Positions 56,775 through 64,000 of a DNA stretch of 64,000 nucleotides are shown here, in pieces. The DNA is from Giardia intestinalis (lineage: Eukaryota): NCBI GenBank assembly GCA_000002435.2, contig CM018792.1. The stretch is one strand, 5' to 3'. Position numbers and translations under genes: made by a program. Every line of letters begins with the position of its first letter. Positions within the stretch are counted from its first letter, which is position 1. The notes under the pieces were generated by a model. The model did no database searches, was not told where the DNA came from, and worked only from the letters and a program-made list of their open reading frames with translations.

Positions 56775-59700
56775 CTAATAGAGCTCCTCAGTGCAGAGAG
56801 TTTCTAGTGTAGCGTCTCCATTACGCTCATATGCTGTGCCAGCAGAACCTGGTGACCCCGCCAGGAGCGGCCGGCGGATTATGATGTGCACGCGTATTCG
56901 CGGGTCTTCGAATGTGAGATAAGATGGGAGCTTTGGAGAGCCTACGAAGTACTGGATTTGATCATTGTGAAGCGAACAAAGCATGTCGTGAGCTACCTTC
57001 TCGAACTTATCGTCGAGGCCCTGGTTTATCTCATCTACGAGCCTGAACCTGATGGAGCTCAGTGCCTTCTGGCCATATAGTGAATTGACAAGACAGAGAG
57101 CTACCACCGAGCTCTCTCCGCCAGAAAGAGTGATGCCTGTTAGTGTTTCGTTGGCAACGAACTGCGTCCTGAGCTCTAGGCCTGGCTTTAGGGAAGTCAT
57201 AAGCGGTACTATGGCTTGGATTTGGGGCTCCTTGACTACGGGTTTGAATGCCTTTGACAGGGCAATGAGCTGGCTCTCCTGGACTTCGTTTGTCAAGAAG
57301 GTAGACAAAGATACTCTGGCAGATAAAATGTGCTTGCTCTTTTGATACTTCCTTGAGAACATATCTACTGATGCATCGCTCGCTCGACTCGCTCGGGTAT
57401 CTTGCTTGTGATGGTGTGTATCACTGTCGGAAGACTCGTCGGATACATCGAGGTCAAGGTATGATGCTTGCTTCAACTTGTCGAGAAAAGGCTCCAGCTT
57501 TAACATAAGAATAGAGCCATCTTCACTAGCTTTTCGCTGAACGTAGCTGGCCGTCCTCTTAGCGCTAGGCTCCGCTGGCTCAGTGTTAGCAATAGAATTT
57601 TCTGACGCTGCTGTGCTGCTTTCTGAGTCGTTGCCCTCGTCCCCGGTTTTCTGGCCATTCAACACTAGTGCAGTATATGAATCTATTTCTAATGTATTAC
57701 TAGTAGATGAAATGGATACTGCTTTTAAGGAAGGATTCTCTATCAGGAAGGCGGTGAACTTATCCATTTCAAAGCAGCGTCGATGGTCCCCATCGTACTC
57801 CTTAAGAAGCGCATGTGCTGCGTCAAACTCTGGTGAGACTACGGATGCATTTCTCCTTCTGTCTGAGGTAAAAAGACCCGTGAGTACTGCCTCTCCGGAG
57901 ATTCCGAACTCCCTTATGTTATCTCCAAATCGTTTGCTCACCTCTGCTATCACCTCAGCTACGCTATCTTGAACTGTGCGGATCACCTCAAGCAAACGGA
58001 AAAGGTGGACAAGTATATACGCATTTGACGCAAACCTGTCACTTAGAAAGTCGCAAAACTTTTTCTTTTCCGTTAGAAAGGTATCTTTGATCGATTGGTC
58101 TTGCTTGGATTGCTGCAACTTAAACCTGTTCTCCAGATTATTGACAAAGGCTTTGAAACATGTTAAATCCACGGTATATGGGCTGGTAAGGTCCATTGCC
58201 GAAGCCTGTAGCTTTGCAGACGCAACGTGCTTTGTCAACTCTTTGGCAAATTCTCTGTGTGTTAAAAGATATGGAACTGTTGTTTCCAGCGACGAAGAGT
58301 CGCAAGGACTTTCAAGGGGAGGGTCAGGTGCCATGTCTGGACAGAGTACCTTTAGGATTGATAGTATGCGGCTCTTTCTGACCCTAAATACGTCCTCGAT
58401 ATTGCCTAACGTATTCTCTCTAAAGACACTGGCCCGCTTTTGTGCTAATTGATGCTCATCTTGCGCAGATGTCAAACTGATATTAAGATCATTCCCCCTT
58501 TTGTGGAGGTCTTTGACCTGTGTGGCAAGAGGTATAAGAACTTGAATATCAGCGAGCCTTGCTTTACTCTGGGCCAGTGCAGAAATGGCCGACGTGCTCA
58601 GTAAGTTGGACATATCTGTGTATGCATTTTCGGCGGCAAGGATGTCTTGTTCTGTGACGACTTTATAAGTTTTCATCCTGGCATCTAGGGTGTTGAGCTC
58701 CGAGCGACACTCACGCAGCAATTGATTAGTCTCAGTTAGCTTGACTCTGCTTTGGTTCATAAATAACTTAAGCTCCTCCATGCGTGATCTCGCTGCCTGA
58801 ATGCTATCGCTGTACGAGTCCTGCAGCTCTTTGACCTCCTTTTCAACGGCTCTCTTGTCTTCTAGAATCTTGTGCATAAACCGTGGATATCTCATTTGTT
58901 CTGCATAGCCTTGAACACATTCAGCATATGCCCTAGTAGGGTCAAGACCGTACGACGTGCGGGCCAGGAGCTGCCTCTGGTTATTAGACGTCCCGATATG
59001 CAGCATTCCATCATGACATAAGATGTTGAAGGTGCCCACATTAGACTCCATGAATCGGATGATCTCAGCATTTGTTAGCTTGGACCCTGATGAAGATTGG
59101 ACATACACTGCGACACTTAGCTTCTGGAAAAAGTGATTCAGTACGATGGGGTTTCCATCTAGGCAATCTATTAGAAACGCGATGTTAGCCATGGCGGATG
59201 CTTGTACTGAGGACCCCGACGCCGAAAGAGTTCTAATACCCGCCGTGTTGATGGTCTTAGTCTTTAGTGAAGCATATTGGTTTTCCAGCTCTCGATTAGC
59301 GCGATTGTATGCTTCTTGGTAATCCATCTCGAGATAATCTTGAAGGAGCTCGATGGTGGTTGCGCCGCCTCTATCCCTGTACTGATCAAATCTCCTACTA
59401 AGGTTTGATTGGTGTTCTATTGAGTTGGTTAGTACAGTATACAAGGATTGGCCGAGGGCGGATTGAAGCATGAACTTAACAATATTAAAAGGAATTGGCG
59501 TATCCGATTTTATGCCTATCCACTTTGCTATGGGAACAAATAAAAAATATCGCATTGAGCTATCAAGCTCTAACTCAAGAGAGGCCTGGTAGATATCTGC
59601 AAGCCAGCTATAATGGGGCAGACTCCTACATTGAAGCACCAGCTGCTCTCGCTGTTCTCGTTCATCTTCTATCTGCTGATGTCTGACCATCGCATCCTTA

Positions 59701-60938
59701 TATTCGGTCGACGCATATAGTGATGATGCTTCAAAGTTCATGTTGCATAGTGCTACTGACGCCTCTGACCTCTTTGCTTCGAGTTCGCTGATGGAGGTTT
59801 CATACTCGTGAATCTGGTCATTCAGCGAATTGATTCGCTGTTGTAGAGCGAGGTGATCCTCATCAGATTGGCTTTGTTTTTGGGTGATAGCTGCTTCATA
59901 TGCTGATTGGAGGTCAAGAAGCCGCTTTGAATTTGCTGTAATAGTTCGAGATAACCGCTCTAGCGAAACTATGGAACTTTTCATGACAGTAAACCTCCTC
60001 TCCATCTCTTCTGTTACCCGTTGTACTTCAAGCTGGGTCTTCTCAATGTCTCTCTTCAGGGTAATTAGTGGCTCTTCCTTTGATTGCATGTCGCTCACTA
60101 GTTTCTTGTATTCATGCAGTGTCTTGGTTCGCTCTGTGTTGACTTCTAGAAATTCTAACACTAACAAAGCCTGCCGGCCTAAATTGACGGTTTGCTTCAA
60201 GGATCCTAGCTCTATAATCTTCATTGCATTCTGTACCATTTTTAGAAAGTCGTCGTGCTTACTAATGTAGGAGGTCTCAAAGGTTTCGCGTGCGGCTCGG
60301 CAGAAACTCATTAAGGACATGGCCTGTGGCTGAAGGCTTTCCAGTGTATTGGTCAGATCGGGGAAAATAAGATCAAGGAACTTAATTAATCGCTCGCTGG
60401 GTGTCATCAGAGTTAGTCTCTGAGCATCAGATTGCATCATCGATTGGAAAGGGTTGTCTACCTGGATTTCAAAGTTCTTTCTTATGTCTCTGCATAGCTT
60501 ATCTTGCGTAATTGCCCTCCCATTTGCGTAGAATTGCACGTGCTTGCCTCTTTTCAATAGTACGTGTACAGTATAAATAGATTCATGCGTCAATCTACTC
60601 AGTACATAATTGTGTGTCTTGTGGCAAAACACGTCGGTAACTTTGGTAAACAGATTGTGGGCGTCTGGCACTGATAGCTTGCTAACATTGCAGATGGTCA
60701 CCAAAGCACATGAAAATAACTGATGCTCTTGTATCAATGAGTCTGTATCGCACAGATCTGGATGCCGCGATCCTAGACAAAGCGCCACCGCATAGAGGAG
60801 CGTGGTCTTACCAAAGCCATTAGGGGCGACAAAATAGTTGACGGTAGGGAGGGCGTATACTCTGGCGTGTCCAACACCTCTAAAGTGGTAGCATTCAATG
60901 CCAATAATCTGCCCAGAGGAAAAGCTGGGCTGCTCCAT
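56775..60938 (-). CDS. SMC5: SMC5-type structural maintenance of chromosomes protein
   Basis: The track's start at 61043 is a GTG; the first ATG is at 60938 (MEQPSFSSGQIIGIECYHF...). Walker A FVAPNGFGKTTLLYAVALCLG. The C-terminal LSGGESSV...FRLVDEINQGLD...QYFVGSPKL matches the SMC5-specific QSGGERSV...FRVVDEINQGMD...QYFFITPKL, unlike Rad50 (DEPTTNLD) or SMC6 (DEFDVFMD). Long coiled-coil arms. Confidence 0.8.
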   Translation of the reverse strand: MEQPSFSSGQIIGIECYHFRGVGHARVYALPTVNYFVAPNGFGKTTLLYAVALCLGSRHPDLCDTDSLIQEHQLFSCALVTICNVSKLSVPDAHNLFTKVTDVFCHKTHNYVLSRLTHESIYTVHVLLKRGKHVQFYANGRAITQDKLCRDIRKNFEIQVDNPFQSMMQSDAQRLTLMTPSERLIKFLDLIFPDLTNTLESLQPQAMSLMSFCRAARETFETSYISKHDDFLKMVQNAMKIIELGSLKQTVNLGRQALLVLEFLEVNTERTKTLHEYKKLVSDMQSKEEPLITLKRDIEKTQLEVQRVTEEMERRFTVMKSSIVSLERLSRTITANSKRLLDLQSAYEAAITQKQSQSDEDHLALQQRINSLNDQIHEYETSISELEAKRSEASVALCNMNFEASSLYASTEYKDAMVRHQQIEDEREQREQLVLQCRSLPHYSWLADIYQASLELELDSSMRYFLFVPIAKWIGIKSDTPIPFNIVKFMLQSALGQSLYTVLTNSIEHQSNLSRRFDQYRDRGGATTIELLQDYLEMDYQEAYNRANRELENQYASLKTKTINTAGIRTLSASGSSVQASAMANIAFLIDCLDGNPIVLNHFFQKLSVAVYVQSSSGSKLTNAEIIRFMESNVGTFNILCHDGMLHIGTSNNQRQLLARTSYGLDPTRAYAECVQGYAEQMRYPRFMHKILEDKRAVEKEVKELQDSYSDSIQAARSRMEELKLFMNQSRVKLTETNQLLRECRSELNTLDARMKTYKVVTEQDILAAENAYTDMSNLLSTSAISALAQSKARLADIQVLIPLATQVKDLHKRGNDLNISLTSAQDEHQLAQKRASVFRENTLGNIEDVFRVRKSRILSILKVLCPDMAPDPPLESPCDSSSLETTVPYLLTHREFAKELTKHVASAKLQASAMDLTSPYTVDLTCFKAFVNNLENRFKLQQSKQDQSIKDTFLTEKKKFCDFLSDRFASNAYILVHLFRLLEVIRTVQDSVAEVIAEVSKRFGDNIREFGISGEAVLTGLFTSDRRRNASVVSPEFDAAHALLKEYDGDHRRCFEMDKFTAFLIENPSLKAVSISSTSNTLEIDSYTALVLNGQKTGDEGNDSESSTAASENSIANTEPAEPSAKRTASYVQRKASEDGSILMLKLEPFLDKLKQASYLDLDVSDESSDSDTHHHKQDTRASRASDASVDMFSRKYQKSKHILSARVSLSTFLTNEVQESQLIALSKAFKPVVKEPQIQAIVPLMTSLKPGLELRTQFVANETLTGITLSGGESSVVALCLVNSLYGQKALSSIRFRLVDEINQGLDDKFEKVAHDMLCSLHNDQIQYFVGSPKLPSYLTFEDPRIRVHIIIRRPLLAGSPGSAGTAYERNGDATLETLCTEELY

Positions 60939-60977
60939 GAGAGCCGTGGCTTCAGTGTCAAAAGCTTTTAATGAATA

Positions 60978-62831
60978 ATGAAAAAGGCCAATCCGATCGC
61001 TAATCGTCCATCGTTTGCCGGCATTTTGGAAGCCATCCGGCACAACGACCTGGTCACTTTAAAAACGCTGATTAACAAAAGCGGAGTACAGCGAGATGCA
61101 GAAGGCCAAACAGCTTTAATGCACGCAGCCTTTCTCGGTAATGATGCAGCCTGTAAGCTCCTGCTTCCCCTGCAAGCGGGGTGCACAGACAATATGGGCT
61201 GCACAGCCCTAATGTTCGCCGCCGAAAGAGGGCATTTACAAATAGTTAAGGGCTTGCTCGGCCACGAAGCCCGGATGCAAGATGGTAACGGTGTCACAGC
61301 ACTGATGCTAGCAGCACGAGGAGGTCATCTAGCATGTGTGCAAGAGCTAATTCCCCACGAGTCCACATTGACAGACCGATCCCATGGCACAGCACTCATG
61401 TCAGCCGCGTTGTGCGGGCATTCTGACATTGTGCGGCTTCTCCTCCAGAAGGAGGCACGCGTTCAGACCGTGGAAGGGGTCTCTGCTCTCATGGTTGCTG
61501 CACAAGGCGGTGACTTGGCGACATGCAGACTACTTCTGGAGAAAGAGGCGGGGCTGCAAACACGAAATGGGTGGACAGCCTTAGCGTTTGCTTGTAGAGA
61601 GAAGAACTATTTAGTTGTTCAGCTTTTGAAGAGCAAGGAGGCAGGGCTCTGCGACAAAAATGGCACGACATCCCTGATGCGTGCGGCTCGTGCAGGGTGT
61701 ACACAATCAGTCGAGTGCCTCCTCAAAGCAGAGACAAACCGTCAAGATAAACGCGGGCGCACGGCTCTTATGTATGCTGCGAATGCGGGGAACATGGAGT
61801 GTGCCAAGCTGCTTGCAACCTATGAAGCTGGCCAACAAGATAAGCAAGGAGTCACTGCTCTCATGATAGCAGGTGATAAGAACAATGTGGAAATAGTTAC
61901 ATTACTGTTGGCTAGCGAGAGCTCTCTTACAACCAAGCAGGGTGCAACAGCATTGACTTACGGAAACATACCACATTACACTCCCATACTCAATACATTG
62001 AAGCACTACTTTATTATCACGGGAGGTGCTATTGATGTCAAGAAGATAAAGCGGCGAACTGTAATTGCATATCGGAAAATACATGCAGAGATGCCTGCGC
62101 TTCTCTCGTTCTTTGATAGGTTTTGCGCCTTGATTATGGAGAATCTCACTGGCTCGTCGGCGTATGTTGACACTGTGTTATCTGACTGTCTTCTTGAACT
62201 TGACGACCTTCTGGCAATCGATCTCGATGAAGGCAGCTGTGCCATCTGTCTAGACTCTCTGCCATCGATTGTGTATCTTCCGTGCAGACATCTCTCCATC
62301 TGTGAGCTTTGCAACAATCTATTACATGACCGGAAATGTCCGTTATGCACGACACCCATAACATCCTTCTTTTCGCTAAACTATGACCTCCCATCTAACA
62401 AGCCCCAGCAGCCAGCTTCTCCTGTGGCACCGCCACCAAAATCTAAGCAGGTGTCCAACACCCGTTCCTCCGTGACTTCTTCTTCTCATGCTTATACAGG
62501 TCCAGCCAAGCGTTCTGGAAGAGACCACAGGATACGTGCACGAACATTCCAAGAACTGGATGCGGAAACAGTTCCTGGTGGGCATTTCCTCCAGAGGGGC
62601 CTTATTCGTGCAATAATAGATGATTGTGAAGAGCAGCAGCAGCAGTTGCTACGTAACCGTCGGCCTTCCGCCATGCCTACTACGCCACAGACCAATGACT
62701 CCCCAGTTATTATCAGAAGAGGGAAGACAGCGTTTGAGCAGTTGATGGACGGCGAGATGGACCTAAATATGTGGCCGGGGTCTAGCGTTCAAGAAGGCTC
62801 CTCTAAGATGGGACCGCTGAAAGGGCATTGA
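60978..62831 (+). CDS. Ankyrin-repeat protein with C-terminal C3HC4 RING finger (putative E3 ubiquitin ligase)
   Basis: ATG verified at 60978. At least nine ankyrin repeats (G.TALM.AA..G.......LL). The RING, CAICLDSLPSIVYLPCRHLSICELCNNLLHDRKCPLCTTPI, has C-x2-C-x11-C-x-H-x2-C-x2-C-x7-C-x2-C spacing. Confidence 0.8.
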   Translation: MKKANPIANRPSFAGILEAIRHNDLVTLKTLINKSGVQRDAEGQTALMHAAFLGNDAACKLLLPLQAGCTDNMGCTALMFAAERGHLQIVKGLLGHEARMQDGNGVTALMLAARGGHLACVQELIPHESTLTDRSHGTALMSAALCGHSDIVRLLLQKEARVQTVEGVSALMVAAQGGDLATCRLLLEKEAGLQTRNGWTALAFACREKNYLVVQLLKSKEAGLCDKNGTTSLMRAARAGCTQSVECLLKAETNRQDKRGRTALMYAANAGNMECAKLLATYEAGQQDKQGVTALMIAGDKNNVEIVTLLLASESSLTTKQGATALTYGNIPHYTPILNTLKHYFIITGGAIDVKKIKRRTVIAYRKIHAEMPALLSFFDRFCALIMENLTGSSAYVDTVLSDCLLELDDLLAIDLDEGSCAICLDSLPSIVYLPCRHLSICELCNNLLHDRKCPLCTTPITSFFSLNYDLPSNKPQQPASPVAPPPKSKQVSNTRSSVTSSSHAYTGPAKRSGRDHRIRARTFQELDAETVPGGHFLQRGLIRAIIDDCEEQQQQLLRNRRPSAMPTTPQTNDSPVIIRRGKTAFEQLMDGEMDLNMWPGSSVQEGSSKMGPLKGH

Positions 62832-62882
62832 GCTGATAGTTATAGACTGCATCATCGTTACAGGCCTCACTGAACGGACTAT

Positions 62883-64000
62883 TTACATATTATCTTCTGC
62901 TAAAACGTTGAAGCTCCTCTTTACCAACGTACTCTCATTAGAATAATACCCTGGCCCGGGTGCAGTCCACATCCGATCTTCGAGCAGCACCCGCGCCGCT
63001 TTCGTTGCCGATGGGCCTGCTATCTCAGGACGCAAGGACTCGGGGAGAGTTGTGCTACTCTTAATTCTGTCGTGCGTATACAGCTTAGCAGCATTCTGTC
63101 GTCTTTCAGTTGCTGTATTGTATACAGCAACCCCTGGAATCGACATGTCGTACTGAGCCATAATGATTTCCGAAGTATTCCTGTCTGTACCGCTATTGTT
63201 GTACATCTTTTTGGGCCGACCCTCCATGTCGGTTGCACCATCATAACGAGCCTTTGCAAAGCTGACTGCGGTCTCGGCACCACCCATTGACCTCTTCTCA
63301 GTGTTGATTTCAGCAAACCGTTGTTGGTTTTCAGCTGCCAGTGTCTCCTCACGCTGCCTCTGCTCTGCGTCCTTGTGGATGGTATTCCGGGGAACAGTCG
63401 ATGCAAACGGACCAGATAGCGTCGTTGAGAAATCATGCTTCTTTGATATCGCCGAGAAGCTCTGGGTATCATTATAGGACCCCGGACCAAGGTGCTCTCT
63501 GTCCCGACCCAGCTTACACACTTCACTCACCTTATCTCTGTCAACTGCCTTCGAAAAGCTAGCCACATTGGCCGCGTTAGACACACCAGCCCTTATTGCG
63601 CTGAGATTATCCACATTACCAATTCTGTATGGTGGCGGTCTCTCCTCGATCTCCTCTGCTTCGCCGTCCACTATCACCTTCTCTGGAATGCTACTCGCTG
63701 TTTCTGGCCACTTCTGCACCCCAAATGTCTGTCTGAGCGCAAGCCGGTTAACTGCAAGCATAGATATATCGTTGTCAGCAAATGCCGTGACGTTGTTCTG
63801 GGACGCTATTTTGTCGAACTTGGAAGGTGGTACACTATACTGTCCGACAGGGGGGTTTGCTACTCTAGTCTTCTCCTCCATGGATAGAAAAGGTGGCAAC
63901 TTCTCTGCATTCTTCACACCCCTCAGGAACTCTGCCATCGCTTTGTTGCCCCCAGCACCATCCCCTACCGCAGACACAGACGGATGCAGCTTCTCAGAGA
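62883..64000 (-). CDS. Hypothetical protein with PG-rich repeats (GPGSY / PGPGYY), partial (5' end beyond the window end)
   Basis: The track's start at 63977 is a GTG, and the reading frame stays open to position 64000 (...SEKLHPSVSAVGDG...). The first in-window ATG is at 63938 (MAEFLRG...). The repeated motifs LGPGSYNDT and APGPGYYSNES resemble sperm-tail PG-rich (STPGR) repeats. Confidence 0.4.
   Translation of the reverse strand, partial: SEKLHPSVSAVGDGAGGNKAMAEFLRGVKNAEKLPPFLSMEEKTRVANPPVGQYSVPPSKFDKIASQNNVTAFADNDISMLAVNRLALRQTFGVQKWPETASSIPEKVIVDGEAEEIEERPPPYRIGNVDNLSAIRAGVSNAANVASFSKAVDRDKVSEVCKLGRDREHLGPGSYNDTQSFSAISKKHDFSTTLSGPFASTVPRNTIHKDAEQRQREETLAAENQQRFAEINTEKRSMGGAETAVSFAKARYDGATDMEGRPKKMYNNSGTDRNTSEIIMAQYDMSIPGVAVYNTATERRQNAAKLYTHDRIKSSTTLPESLRPEIAGPSATKAARVLLEDRMWTAPGPGYYSNESTLVKRSFNVLAEDNM

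Noticed and set aside
60939-61043. N-terminal extension of the SMC5 ORF (MPDGFQNAGKRWTISDRIGLF...) that would overlap the ANK-RING gene
   Set aside because: The codon at 61043 is GTG. The ATG at 60938 precedes the conserved SMC5 head start (SGQIIGIECYHF) by the usual distance. Similar GTG/TTG first codons were discarded at 53197, 46111, 2583 and 63977.
1-64000. Search for tRNA T-loop-like GGTTCGAATCC, rRNA, CRISPR or other prokaryote-type elements
   Set aside because: The only GGTTCGAA occurrence (about 14209) is inside the SSF1 coding frame with no cloverleaf context. The window is eukaryotic (Giardia-like), so CRISPR, operons and IS elements are not applicable, and no repeat-spacer structure is seen.

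Overview
This is a eukaryotic, very gene-dense window: about 30 protein-coding genes on both strands, no evident introns, and intergenic spacers often under 60 bp. Its features match Giardia intestinalis (lamblia). A variant-surface-protein tail (...[17 protein letters not shown]) is followed 18 nt later by the Giardia AGTAAAC polyadenylation motif. Several CXXC-repeat high-cysteine proteins are present. Short AT-rich initiator stretches sit directly 5' of most ATGs. Stop codons of convergent genes nearly abut. Genes recognised from conserved motifs: a Rad50-like ABC ATPase, Rab2, a GH5 glycoside hydrolase, a Brix/SSF1 protein, a gamma-tubulin-complex (GCP) protein, an EFL1/Ria1-type GTPase, cathepsin B, a high-cysteine membrane protein, a MYND-finger protein, UPF1, PWP2, a DEAD-box helicase, NPL4, SMC5 and an ankyrin-RING protein, plus Giardia-type hypothetical proteins. 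The supplied ORF track allows GTG/TTG/CTG starts, so several N-termini were re-set to the first ATG after checking the bases. Two genes run off the window ends (1..1040 and 62883..64000, both minus strand). Most noteworthy are an orphan VSP 3' fragment beside a cathepsin B / HCMP divergent pair, a paralogous pair of unknown-family genes flanking the DEAD-box gene, a clearly SMC5-type protein, two unusually long ORF-free tracts, and several extreme head-to-head and tail-to-tail gene junctions. No rRNA or tRNA, and nothing prokaryotic such as a CRISPR array, was recognised.
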